This document shows, piece after piece, positions 47,817-57,045 of a stretch of DNA of 64,000 nt. How positions within the stretch are numbered: the first letter of the stretch is position 1; the number at the start of each line of letters is the position of its first letter. The notes beneath the pieces were generated by a model, which did no database searches, was not told the origin of the DNA, and saw only the letters and a program-made list of their open reading frames with translations. The stretch spans positions 30,368-94,367 of IMG/VR virus record IMGVR_UViG_3300036885_000228. One strand, written 5' to 3'. The DNA is from a virus. Taxonomy: Duplodnaviria > Heunggongvirae > Uroviricota > Caudoviricetes. A program made the translations under genes and the position numbers.

Positions 47817-48849
47817 TTCACTCTCACCAAAAACTCACCCATATCGGATGCTATTTGGTCAAATACCTTTGACTAAATTTCATGATTACCGAAGAGCAAT
47901 TAACGTCGAAATGTTATATGCTCCTGATCGAGAGAAGATTATGCCAGCAGTTTATGATTTTTGTAAAGCCACGTGGAGTGAAGATGGAGAAGAATCTAGA
48001 CGAGCAACTCAAGAGGAAATGTCAGAAACATTTTCGACAATGTTATCAGGTAAGGCAATGAGTTTAGGTATTGAGACAATTGATTTTATTTTTAGAATTG
48101 AAGGAATTACTAGAATTGACACTCATCAAATTGTCAGAAATAGAGTTGGTGTGACTTACAGTCAACAATGTACAGGTGATAGATTTTTGACTCACGGGAA
48201 TGTATTGATTGAGGAATGTATTGCTAAGAATAAGGATGTATTAGATTCAGTCATCAATGCTACATTGGAAACTAAATTGGCTTATGCAAGAATGATTGAT
48301 AGTTTAGACGTATCAATTCAAACTGCAAGAGAAATTACACCACATAATTTTGAGACTTTTATTTTTATGAAGATAAATCTCATGACATTGATTCAATTTT
48401 ATTCAAAACGAATTGATGATGGGAGTCAAACTTGGCCAATAAATATTATTGCTCAACAAATGGCAGATAGAGTTTGTTCAGTTTATCCAGAATTACAAAA
48501 AGTTTTTGATAAAAGTAAAACCTCTTTCAAATTTCAAACTGAAGCATCTAAAGATAGAACAAATACATATTCAACAAGTCTTTACATTCCAAAGAATGGT
48601 GATGAATTTGACTATCATGATAGAGATTTCCTTTATCAAAAGACAAAAGTTGATATGAATTTTACAAATACACCAATTGATGATTTGTATTATTGGGGTT
48701 CAACTCTTATCTCAAAAGAAAAATATGACACAATTACGAAATTGTATCATGAACTTGACATTTTGGTGGATAAGGAACATTACTCAAATGAGAAAATTTT
48801 AGAATTAGCAAAAGAATTAAATAGTCGAATTATAACTGAAATTATATAA
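47803..48849 (+). CDS. Divergent ThyX-like (flavin-dependent thymidylate synthase family) protein
   Basis: ..ITRIDTHQIVRNRVGVTYSQQCTGDRF.. parallels the ThyX signature ..tRqlvRHRxxSxsqxSxRY, with His replaced by Asn and Ser by Cys. A downstream ..QTAREITPHNFETFIFMKINLMTLIQFYSKR.. parallels the ThyX ..ArE.AR..LP..........N.R.L.hF..LR. Confidence 0.55.
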   Translation: MPHNDSLSPKTHPYRMLFGQIPLTKFHDYRRAINVEMLYAPDREKIMPAVYDFCKATWSEDGEESRRATQEEMSETFSTMLSGKAMSLGIETIDFIFRIEGITRIDTHQIVRNRVGVTYSQQCTGDRFLTHGNVLIEECIAKNKDVLDSVINATLETKLAYARMIDSLDVSIQTAREITPHNFETFIFMKINLMTLIQFYSKRIDDGSQTWPINIIAQQMADRVCSVYPELQKVFDKSKTSFKFQTEASKDRTNTYSTSLYIPKNGDEFDYHDRDFLYQKTKVDMNFTNTPIDDLYYWGSTLISKEKYDTITKLYHELDILVDKEHYSNEKILELAKELNSRIITEII

Positions 48850-48851
48850 TT

Positions 48852-49364
48852 ATGACAAAAATTAGACAAAAAATAAAAGATCTTGTACAACAGATTTATG
48901 TCTATGGAACTCCTCGATACATCAAACGTTTGACTCAAGGGACTAAAGAATTGACGAATACAACTCTTGAATTTGAGTCAATTGATATTCTTAACTTGAA
49001 ACTGACAGAGAATGAAAAAGAAGTTCTAGATGATGAAAACCAAATAGTATTACCATTGATACAATCTCAGTTAGATGCAGTTGTCACTCTGTTGATTTCA
49101 GATAAACTTTCACGTAGAGGATTAGTGTATAATCATATTGATGATTTGGCCTCTCCAGTATATCCCTGTTTGTCAGTTTTTCATTTTCTTTGTGATAAAA
49201 CTAGATTGAATTTGACAGTTTTCATTCGGTCTAGCAATGTTGAGAAAATGTTAGCAATTGATTTGGTTTTTTTAAATGACATCTTAATTTCAATTTCAAA
49301 AAAATTAGAATTGGAAGCAGGAAAGGTGTCAATATTTATTTCGTCGGCACATATAATATGTTAG
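48852..49364 (+). CDS. Truncated ThyA-fold protein (thymidylate synthase / dNMP hydroxymethylase-like core)
   Basis: ..VYPCLSVFHFLCDKTRLNLTVFIRSSNV..LEAGKVSIFISSAHII aligns with ThyA ..[43 protein letters not shown]. It is only 170 aa and lacks the ThyA N- and C-terminal segments. Confidence 0.45.
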   Translation: MTKIRQKIKDLVQQIYVYGTPRYIKRLTQGTKELTNTTLEFESIDILNLKLTENEKEVLDDENQIVLPLIQSQLDAVVTLLISDKLSRRGLVYNHIDDLASPVYPCLSVFHFLCDKTRLNLTVFIRSSNVEKMLAIDLVFLNDILISISKKLELEAGKVSIFISSAHIIC

Positions 49365-51589
49365 AAGAAATTAAATCAAAACGCAAGTTTTTTAACTCAT
49401 ATTCCTTTAAAGACACAGTTGTACTTGAATATCAGGAAAATGGGATTAAAATGAAGGAAGTTCACAATAACTTCGATTGGTATTTGGTTGTCACATTGAT
49501 TGATTTTCAAAGAATTGAAAAAGTTATTGAGGATTTAAAATCATCTAGATTATTGAATAGGTATGAGGTCATTGGTGATTACGTAAAATTATTTACTGAA
49601 AATAAAAATACAAAATACGAGATAGATGGAAAGCAATCACTAATTAAATGGTTAAAAGATAATGACATTAAACCATTGGAGTCAGATTTATCTTCAGATA
49701 AGAGATATTGTGTTGATAGAGACATTGAAATTGAAGACCATTATTCAATTTTATATTTTGACATTGAAACAGATGACTCAAAACCAACAATTCAAGTTGG
49801 TTCAGAAAGAATTTTATCATTAGCAGCAATTGATAGAGAAGGTACTACATATTATCTTACAAATCCTCGTAGCGAAAAGAAATTATTAGAAGACATCTTT
49901 GAGTTATTTCAAAAGTATGATATTATTACTGGTTGGAATAGTGGACCATTTGATTTGACGTACATTAAGGAACGGATGAAATTTTGGAAAATTCAAAAGT
50001 TTTGGAAAGGAATTACACATATTGACATGTTAGATAGATTTCGACATATTTTTAGATTTGATAATCATATTGAAAAATTTTCACTTGAATATATTTCACA
50101 GCATTTTTTAGGTCATGGAAAAGTTAAGCATGATGGAATTAAAATAATTGAGCTTTATCGTAAGTATCCAGATAAACTAAAGGAGTATAATATTCAAGAT
50201 GTAGTATTATTAAAAGAATTAGATGCAAAGATTGGATGTTTAGATATGATGATTTTACAATGCCAATGGTGTAAAACTTTTCCAAGTCAATTTTATATTT
50301 CAGAATTATTAGATAATTATATTCTTAGAGTTGCTCATGCAAATGGAGTTTATTGCCCAACTAGAGATTATGATACCGAAGATATTCATTATCAAGGAGC
50401 ATTTGTATTTGAACCAAATCGTGGAGTACATAGAAATGTACATATATTCGATTTCAAAAGTCTATACCCGACATTAATTATGTCGTCGAATATTGGATTT
50501 GATACATTAGATGAAGATGGAAAAATATTAAACCCAGGAACTGGAAAACATTTTCGTGATGATAAAAGTTCAATAATCAAATTGACAATAGAAGGATTAA
50601 TTGGTAAACGAAAAGAATATAAAAAGAAAAAGATTCAAATGATACATGATAAAACGAATTCTGGACCAGAATGGGAAAGAGTTGTTAGTGATGAGATTGT
50701 AGTTAAAGAATTATCAAATTCAGTATATGGGATAATGGGGAAAAGAGATGGACGATGGTATTCGTATGATGTAGCAACATCAATTACGATGTTTGGTCAA
50801 TGGGTGTTAAAATTTGCAAAACAATTTTTTGAAGAGGAAGGATTTAGTGTAATTTATGGTGATACAGATTCGACATTTGTTAAAGATGATGACAAAGAAA
50901 CATTGAAGTTGGAAATGAAAAAAACACTCGATAAATTTCATAAGAAATTACAAACAGTATTGAAAGAACAATACAATATGTCAGATTGCCGAATTGAACT
51001 TGAATATGAGAAAACTTATGGCATGTTATTAATGGTCGACAAAAAAACATATACAGGACGATTATCAATGTTAGAAGGAAAAGAAACAAATGAAATGTAT
51101 ACAAGAGGGATGGATTATATTAAGAAGAACAATATTAGTATTGCTTGTGATAAGCAATTGGAATTAATCAAAAGGGTTCTATATTCTGACAAGTTTACAG
51201 TTGATGAAGCAGAAGATTTTATTCAGGAATTACTTGACTTTACTAGAACTGGACAAATCAAAATGGATGACTTAATAATTCAGGTCAAATTGAGTAGACC
51301 GATTGAGACGTACAAGACTAATTTACCACATGTAAATATTGCAAAGCAAATTATTGCTAAAGAGGGTGTTTTACAGTCAAATGAGATAGAGTATATTGTA
51401 GTAGATTCAAAAACTAAGAAAAATATAATTCCTGAAGAGTATCAAGGTGAATACGATAAACTCTACTATTGGAACAATAAAATTTATCCGATGCTTCAGA
51501 GAGTTCTAGAAGTTGTATTTCCTAATAATAACTGGCAGAAATATCATTTTAAGAAGTTTGTCAGTGAACGACAAATGACATTACTTTAA
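49358..51589 (+). CDS. Family B DNA polymerase
   Basis: Exo I ..LYFDIETDD... Pol motif ..VIYGDTDSTFV.. (YGDTDS). Confidence 0.85.
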   Translation: MLEEIKSKRKFFNSYSFKDTVVLEYQENGIKMKEVHNNFDWYLVVTLIDFQRIEKVIEDLKSSRLLNRYEVIGDYVKLFTENKNTKYEIDGKQSLIKWLKDNDIKPLESDLSSDKRYCVDRDIEIEDHYSILYFDIETDDSKPTIQVGSERILSLAAIDREGTTYYLTNPRSEKKLLEDIFELFQKYDIITGWNSGPFDLTYIKERMKFWKIQKFWKGITHIDMLDRFRHIFRFDNHIEKFSLEYISQHFLGHGKVKHDGIKIIELYRKYPDKLKEYNIQDVVLLKELDAKIGCLDMMILQCQWCKTFPSQFYISELLDNYILRVAHANGVYCPTRDYDTEDIHYQGAFVFEPNRGVHRNVHIFDFKSLYPTLIMSSNIGFDTLDEDGKILNPGTGKHFRDDKSSIIKLTIEGLIGKRKEYKKKKIQMIHDKTNSGPEWERVVSDEIVVKELSNSVYGIMGKRDGRWYSYDVATSITMFGQWVLKFAKQFFEEEGFSVIYGDTDSTFVKDDDKETLKLEMKKTLDKFHKKLQTVLKEQYNMSDCRIELEYEKTYGMLLMVDKKTYTGRLSMLEGKETNEMYTRGMDYIKKNNISIACDKQLELIKRVLYSDKFTVDEAEDFIQELLDFTRTGQIKMDDLIIQVKLSRPIETYKTNLPHVNIAKQIIAKEGVLQSNEIEYIVVDSKTKKNIIPEEYQGEYDKLYYWNNKIYPMLQRVLEVVFPNNNWQKYHFKKFVSERQMTLL

Positions 51590-51591
51590 AT

Positions 51592-51930
51592 ATGCGTGAA
51601 ATAAAATTCAGAGCTTGGAATAAAAAAGAAAAAATAATGGATTATGACCAAGAATTTATTTTTGATTATCTTAAACCATCAAATTTTTTCTTTAAAGAAA
51701 ATTACGAAAGATTTGGCGATGTAATGCAATTTACTGGTCTTAAAGACAAGAACAGAAAAGAAATCTATGAAGGAGATATTATTATGAAGTCTTTAAAAGA
51801 CAATGGAAGAAAGGATGAAAAGATTATTGTCAAATGGGATGAACAAACAGTCGGATTTAATATTTCTGGTAAAAAAGGACACATGTATGAGATTATTGGA
51901 GATATTTATCAAAATCCAGAATTAAACTAA
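51592..51930 (+). CDS. YopX-like protein
   Basis: MREIKFRAWNKKEKIM... and the C-terminal ..IGDIYQNPELN match YopX-family proteins. Confidence 0.55.
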   Translation: MREIKFRAWNKKEKIMDYDQEFIFDYLKPSNFFFKENYERFGDVMQFTGLKDKNRKEIYEGDIIMKSLKDNGRKDEKIIVKWDEQTVGFNISGKKGHMYEIIGDIYQNPELN

Positions 51931-51940
51931 TTTAATAAAT

Positions 51941-52153
51941 ATGAAAATTGATAAGAATGAGTATTATAGTATTTCAAAAATAGTAGAATTAAATTTTCTA
52001 CCAGTTTTTGGAAGAAATAGACAAACAGTTTTAAAGCGACTTTTAGAAGACAAAACTTTTAATGTGATAATCTTCAAAGGAAAGACAAAGAATGGTTGCC
52101 GTTACAAGATAAAAGGTGAGGATATTGTCAAATATTTAACCAAAATCAAATAG
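51941..52153 (+). CDS. Hypothetical protein
   Basis: 70-aa ORF. Confidence 0.35.
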   Translation: MKIDKNEYYSISKIVELNFLPVFGRNRQTVLKRLLEDKTFNVIIFKGKTKNGCRYKIKGEDIVKYLTKIK

Positions 52154-52190
52154 TTGAAAGTTGTTAACAAGTTATGAACAGTTTGACCTA

Positions 52191-52219
52191 TTTACAAATA
52201 TTTATAAATATGATATAAT
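52191..52219 (+). promoter_or_regulatory. Promoter TTTACA-N17-TATAAT
   Basis: TTTACA 52191-52196, TATAAT 52214-52219. Preceded by the GTTGTTAACAAGTTATGAAC box. Confidence 0.55.
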
Positions 52220-52289
52220 AGTTTTAGGCAATTGAACATTGACAATTTGAGATATTAAAATCTGGACTGGTAGCTTTAAAACAATCAGC

Positions 52290-52625
52290 ATGGTGAACAA
52301 GCTAAAAAACTTTTTTGTCAGAACGGCAAAAGTTCAAAGTAAAAGAGAAGAAAAACCCATAGACATATATTACAACAGCTTAGAGGAAGCTTATGGAAAT
52401 CTTCCAGTACCAGCAGATGATTGGGCAGGAGTTGAAGAATTACTCAATGAGTTTTTCAATCAGATAACTCCTGATCAAAAAGAAAAAGTAAAAGAAGAAT
52501 TCGATGATATGCAAACGTGGGATATTACTGAACATCTTCAAGATTTAGAAAGTGCAATTGAATTCATTAGAAAGCATTATTTTCTTATGTCAATTGTACT
52601 TAATAAATCTCAACGTTGGGGTTAA
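52290..52625 (+). CDS. Hypothetical protein
   Basis: 111-aa ORF. Confidence 0.4.
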   Translation: MVNKLKNFFVRTAKVQSKREEKPIDIYYNSLEEAYGNLPVPADDWAGVEELLNEFFNQITPDQKEKVKEEFDDMQTWDITEHLQDLESAIEFIRKHYFLMSIVLNKSQRWG

Positions 52626-52815
52626 TCATAATTCAAAGAAAGCAATTAATTAAATAATTAGCTTTCCAGTTCAGATTTTAGTATTTCAAATTATTATTTT
52701 TGATAGGTTATACGACATAGTATGACCGAAGAGTAAAAAATTTAGACGTTTTATTCGGGAAAACTTAGGTTGTGAATTAACTTTCACAATCTATCAAAGA
52801 CAATAAATCTTTTTT

Positions 52816-53313
52816 ATGATAAGAGGTACTCATCATTCTAAAGTATCGAAATTAAAAATTAGTGTTTATCGTACAGGGAAAAAACATTCAACAGAAACGC
52901 GATTAAAGATATCGGCAAACCATAAAGGAATGTTAGGGAAAACATTTAGTGAAGAATCAAGAAAAAAAATTGGATTAGGAAATAGTGTCTATATAGGAGA
53001 AAAAAATTCAAGATGGATAAAAGACAGAAGTTTTCTAATTTATCCTGATGAATGGAAAGAAGAGTTAAAAGATTCAATTCGGAAGAGAGATAATTACACT
53101 TGTAAAATGCCTGGATGTGTCATTCATCAAAATGAACTTAAAGGAAGATTCAAGAAACTCGATGTTCACCATATTGACTATAATAAGAAAAACCTTAATC
53201 CAAATAATCTTGTTACTCTTTGCAGAAAGCATCACATTAAAACAAATTCAAATAGAAAATATTGGAAAGAATTTTTTTATAAAATAATTAAAAATATAAT
53301 AATCTGGAAGTGA
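52816..53313 (+). CDS. HNH homing-endonuclease-like protein with NUMOD-like repeats
   Basis: ..ETRLKISANHKG.. and ..EESRKKIGLGNS.. repeats. C-terminal ..LDVHHIDYNKKNLNPNNLVTLCRKHH (HNH). Confidence 0.6.
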   Translation: MIRGTHHSKVSKLKISVYRTGKKHSTETRLKISANHKGMLGKTFSEESRKKIGLGNSVYIGEKNSRWIKDRSFLIYPDEWKEELKDSIRKRDNYTCKMPGCVIHQNELKGRFKKLDVHHIDYNKKNLNPNNLVTLCRKHHIKTNSNRKYWKEFFYKIIKNIIIWK

Positions 53314-53392
53314 TAAAAAAGTTACTTCATAAATTCTCGTCAAAAGAATTAAATCAAAATGACTTTTTTAGACTTTCTCCAGATATATTTTT

Positions 53393-54856
53393 ATGAGCAA
53401 GTTTAACAAAAAAAAGTTAGGAACAAAGACAATCAATAAAGCAGGAGGTCAAGCATTTAAGGAGACTACTGAGTTAGAACTCGTTTCTCTTTTACTTACT
53501 TCTTTCTTAAAGGACAAATTTTACGAAAAAGAAGAAGAGCAATTAGAAAGATTGCAGAATTTAGTCGGTGGGTTAAAAGACAAAAAATTTGCTGCTAAAG
53601 CTGCAATTTATGCTCGTACAGTTTTTGGAATGAGATCAATTACTCATGCATTGATTGGAGAAATTTGTAAGATGGTCAAAGGTGAACAATGGGTTAAGAA
53701 TGCAGTAGAAAAAGCAGTTTATCGTCCTGATGACATGCTTGAAATTCTTGCTTATGTTAGAGACGATAAAACTACACCAATTCCAAATTCATTGAAAAAG
53801 GGATTAAGATTAGCAATCAATAAGTTTGACAAGTATTCTTTAGCTAAGTATAAAGGAGGAGGACACGAATTCAAAATGGTCGATTTAATTAATTTAGTAC
53901 ATCCAAAAGGTTCTGGTAAATTGGCTGAAATTTTTAAAGAATTAGTTGAAGGGAAATTGAAGACTGAAAATACTTGGGAAAGAAATTTATCAGATGCTGG
54001 ACAAAAAGTTAAAGATATTGAAGACGAAAATGAGAAAGAGGAAGCATTGAAAGAAGCAAAGGATAATGTCTGGAAAGACATGATTAAGGAAAAGAAAATT
54101 GGAACATTTGCTTTATTGAGAAATCTTCGTAACATTGTTCAGCAATCTCCAGATTCAATTGACGATGCTTGTGAATTACTTGTTGATGAAAAGAAAATTA
54201 AAAATTCATTGATTCTGCCTTTTAGATTCAAAACTGCAATGGACGAATTAGGTAAGGTAGATGGTAGTAGGAAAATTTTAACTGCAATTAGTAAAGCATT
54301 GGATATTTCAGTTTCAAATGTGCCAAAATTTGATGGGAAGACTCTTGTAGTAATTGATAAATCTGGTTCGATGAATGGGAAACCAATAGAAATTGCTTCT
54401 ATCTTTGGTGCAATATTATACAAATCAAATGATGCAGATTTAATGTATTTTTCTGAAGGTACAAAGAATGTCAATCTTAATACCGAGGATAGTACAATGA
54501 CAATTGCTAATGAGATTGAACACGATGGTTGGGGTGGAGGAACTGATTTTACTGTAATTTTTCCAGCACTTACAAAAAAGTATGATAGGATTATAATCTT
54601 AAGTGATATGCAAGGTTGGGTTAATGATTGGAGAGGAGAATCAACACCAATAAGAGGATTTAGAGATTATAAAATAAGACTTGGTATCAATCCGAAGATT
54701 TATTCATTCGATCTAAACGGGTATGGGACACTTGAGTTCCCCGAGAATGATGTATTCTGCATTGCAGGATGGAGTGATAAAATTTTTGATGTAATGAAGA
54801 TTATGGAACAAGATAGAAATGCATTAATTAAAAAGATAAACGAAATTGAACTTTAA
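53393..54856 (+). CDS. rsr: Ro60 orthologue (TROVE domain plus vWA domain)
   Basis: N-terminus MSKFNKKKLGTKTINKAGGQAFKETTELELVSLLLTSFLKDKFYE...AAIYARTVFGMRSITHAL is TROVE-like. C-terminus ..LVVIDKSGSMNG.. is the vWA MIDAS DxSxS motif. Total 487 aa, as expected for Ro60. Confidence 0.75.
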   Translation: MSKFNKKKLGTKTINKAGGQAFKETTELELVSLLLTSFLKDKFYEKEEEQLERLQNLVGGLKDKKFAAKAAIYARTVFGMRSITHALIGEICKMVKGEQWVKNAVEKAVYRPDDMLEILAYVRDDKTTPIPNSLKKGLRLAINKFDKYSLAKYKGGGHEFKMVDLINLVHPKGSGKLAEIFKELVEGKLKTENTWERNLSDAGQKVKDIEDENEKEEALKEAKDNVWKDMIKEKKIGTFALLRNLRNIVQQSPDSIDDACELLVDEKKIKNSLILPFRFKTAMDELGKVDGSRKILTAISKALDISVSNVPKFDGKTLVVIDKSGSMNGKPIEIASIFGAILYKSNDADLMYFSEGTKNVNLNTEDSTMTIANEIEHDGWGGGTDFTVIFPALTKKYDRIIILSDMQGWVNDWRGESTPIRGFRDYKIRLGINPKIYSFDLNGYGTLEFPENDVFCIAGWSDKIFDVMKIMEQDRNALIKKINEIEL

Positions 54857-54869
54857 AAATATATTTGAG

Positions 54870-55200
54870 AAGTGAGAAAACGGGTTCATCTATTGAATTA
54901 ACATTCAATGTATTCTGGTTTGCGTAAGCAAACTCTGAAATTACTGAATAATTGCCAGCGGCAATTGTTTTAACATCACGACATGTAATGGGACGCAACA
55001 TGGTCAGTAAACTACTGATTCAAAGTTTTTAGAGTTATTTTTACTAATTCTAATTCAAAACTTAGTCTAGTAAGGAGACTTAATCCCACCGTTTTCAGTT
55101 TTCTCTCAAATATTATCTGGATTAGAATTTACATAGTTCCGAAAGTGAGAATAAAGTTACTTCTCCTTATGAAAATACTTTATTCACTTTTTCTTCGGGA
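54870..55200 (+). ncRNA. Structured noncoding region downstream of rsr (candidate second Y-RNA-like/ncRNA)
   Basis: No ORF. Several clean hairpins: attgaat-taac-attcaat, gtttgc-gtaa-gcaaac (GNRA loop), aattgcc-agc-ggcaatt, agtct-agtaagg-agact. Confidence 0.3.
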
Positions 55201-55204
55201 CAAT

Positions 55205-55275
55205 GCGACTGTAAGATAATGGCAATCTGACAGTTTTCCAAACTGTAAACGTGGGTCCGATTCCCACTAGTCGCA
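55205..55275 (+). tRNA. tRNA-Gly(UCC)
   Basis: Acceptor gcgactg/tagtcgc. D arm agat-aatggca-atct. Anticodon arm acagt-tttccaa-actgt (anticodon tcc). T arm gtggg-tccgatt-cccac with an unusual C at position 55. Discriminator a. No encoded CCA. Confidence 0.7.
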
Positions 55276-55294
55276 CAAAATTGTTTATTTGTAC

Positions 55295-55431
55295 GTGAAT
55301 AGAAGTGACATCAGAGTTACTTCTCATTGTAAGAGAGTGGTCATTGGTTCGAGTCCAATTTTTAGTCGAAAGGCTAAAATAGCTCAGTTGGTAGAGCACT
55401 TAAATTTCTCTGATAAATTTTCTCTATTCAC
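55295..55431 (+). ncRNA. Y-RNA-like RNA with tRNA-like module (T arm plus GAAA-capped acceptor-like stem plus D arm), closed by long terminal helices
   Basis: T arm attgg-ttcgagt-ccaat (55343-55359). Stem ttttagtc / GAAA loop / ggctaaaa (55360-55379). D arm gctc-agttggta-gagc (55382-55397). No anticodon arm follows. Terminal helix gtgaataga(55295-55303)/tctattcac(55423-55431) and inner helix atcagag(55310-55316)/ctctgat(55408-55414). Lies 440 nt downstream of the Ro60 gene. Confidence 0.55.
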
Positions 55432-55449
55432 TTATAAGTAAATAATCAA

Positions 55450-56280
55450 ATGAAGTATAATCGAGACAAGACATTGAAAACAACAAAATTAGATAATGAT
55501 GCATATTTTACACCTATTGAAATATCAAAAAGATTAATAGATAAGACATTTGAAATTATAGGTATTGATAATATTACAGAGAGTATAGACCCAAGTGCCG
55601 GAAATGGAAGTTTTAGTAAACAAATTAGGAATTGTACTGCTTATGACATTGAGTCTAATGATGAGACAATTATTAAACAGGATTTTTTACAATTACAATT
55701 AGATTATAAAAAGGGAAGATTATTCATTACGAATCCACCATTTGGTCCACAAAATTTTTTATCGGTTAAATTTTATTCAAAATGTTGTGATGAAGGTGAT
55801 TATATTGCATTTATTCAACCAATAAGTCAATATAAAAATTCTTTTCAGTTGTATAAATTTGATTTAATTTATAGTGAAGATTTAGGAATTCAAAACTATT
55901 CAGGAAGAAATATTCATTGTTGTTTTAATATTTATCGTCGCCCATTGTTTGGGATATTAAATAAACAAAAAAGATGGAAATTTGATGATTTTAAGATTTT
56001 TGAAAGACGTAATGTTAAGGGGAATATTATACAATTTAAAAGTGATTACGATTTTAGAATATGTGGTTGGGGTGCTAAATGTGGAAAGATATTAGATGAT
56101 ACTGAACTTTATGCTAAAGAATACGCAGTTACAATATATAATCAAGACGTTAAAGATAAGATATTTAATGCAATAAAAACTATTGACTTAAAGAAAGATT
56201 TCAATATTGTTAGTACTCCAAATCTTTCAATGCAAATGCTATATAGATATTTACAAAATAAGATTCCAGAATTAAAATGA
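55450..56280 (+). CDS. N6-adenine DNA methyltransferase
   Basis: Motif I ..IDPSAGNGSFSK... Motif IV ..LFITNPPFGP.. ((D/N)PP(F/Y)). Confidence 0.7.
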   Translation: MKYNRDKTLKTTKLDNDAYFTPIEISKRLIDKTFEIIGIDNITESIDPSAGNGSFSKQIRNCTAYDIESNDETIIKQDFLQLQLDYKKGRLFITNPPFGPQNFLSVKFYSKCCDEGDYIAFIQPISQYKNSFQLYKFDLIYSEDLGIQNYSGRNIHCCFNIYRRPLFGILNKQKRWKFDDFKIFERRNVKGNIIQFKSDYDFRICGWGAKCGKILDDTELYAKEYAVTIYNQDVKDKIFNAIKTIDLKKDFNIVSTPNLSMQMLYRYLQNKIPELK

Positions 56281-56657
56281 ATCCAATTCCAGGAAAATTG
56301 AAGCAAAAGATGAATGAAGATGAATATTACAAAGTTTGTTGTTTATCAGGAAGGAAAAATTGTGTAATAAATTGGCACCACACATACACATATTCAGGAA
56401 AACAAATTAATGAAGAATGGTGCATAATGCCAATATGGGAAGAATTACATAATTGGGCATTTAGTAAATTAGCAGTTCATAATAATAAAGAGACAATGGA
56501 ATTCGTAAAGTATCTTTCATTATTAAGAGCAAATATTTCTGACTTAATCAAAAGGATGCCGAAAAAAAACTGGATGCAAGAGTTTAAAGTATTAGAGAAA
56601 CGATTTAAAGACAAAAAGGAGGATATGTTAAAAATTTATCAAAATCAAAATGTCTGA
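56277..56657 (+). CDS. Hypothetical Cys/His-rich protein
   Basis: 126 aa with ..YKVCCLSGRKNCVINWHHTY... Start overlaps the upstream stop (ATGA). Confidence 0.4.
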   Translation: MNPIPGKLKQKMNEDEYYKVCCLSGRKNCVINWHHTYTYSGKQINEEWCIMPIWEELHNWAFSKLAVHNNKETMEFVKYLSLLRANISDLIKRMPKKNWMQEFKVLEKRFKDKKEDMLKIYQNQNV

Positions 56658-56982
56658 AACACCAATTGTGTCTAGCATAAAAAAGTATCTAGATATTTTA
56701 GAAAAACAAGGAAAACTTGTCTATCAACGAAACAATTCGGGAGCAATGCCAATACAATCAAAAGGAGGAACGAGATTTATTCGATTCGGGAAGACAGGAA
56801 GCCCTGATTTCTACGTGTTTGTAAAACACGGTATGGTATTATCGGTTGAAGTTAAAGATTCAAAAGGCAAGCAAAGTGAAGGACAGATAGAATTTCAGAA
56901 AAAGTTAGAGGCACTTGATCATAGCTATTTTGTAGTTCGTTCGTTGGACGATATAGTCAAAATTTTAAAGAAATTTATATGA
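56650..56982 (+). CDS. VRR-NUC domain nuclease (PD-(D/E)xK)
   Basis: ..GSPDFYVFVKHGMVLSVEVKDSKGKQSEGQIEFQ.. has the D...E-V-K catalytic arrangement typical of VRR-NUC. Confidence 0.55.
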   Translation: MSETPIVSSIKKYLDILEKQGKLVYQRNNSGAMPIQSKGGTRFIRFGKTGSPDFYVFVKHGMVLSVEVKDSKGKQSEGQIEFQKKLEALDHSYFVVRSLDDIVKILKKFI

Positions 56983-57045
56983 GACCAATTAAAAATTATT
57001 ATTACTGGTGTAATTATTTTAACTGCTTTTTTAGCAGGATTTTTT

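Noticed and set aside
52626-52815. Possible terminator or operator hairpins (gaaagc..16 nt..gctttc, and ttgtgaa-ttaact-ttcacaa) upstream of the HNH gene
   Set aside because: AT-rich, short stems without a following T-run. Indistinguishable from chance palindromes in about 30%-GC DNA, so not called.
55343-55397. Circularly permuted tRNA-Thr gene (anticodon arm/T arm/3' acceptor placed upstream of 5' acceptor/D arm)
   Set aside because: The halves are joined by a GAAA tetraloop and embedded in long terminal helices next to a Ro60 gene. A Y-RNA-type tRNA-like module is the more economical reading than a permuted tRNA that would need circularisation and processing.
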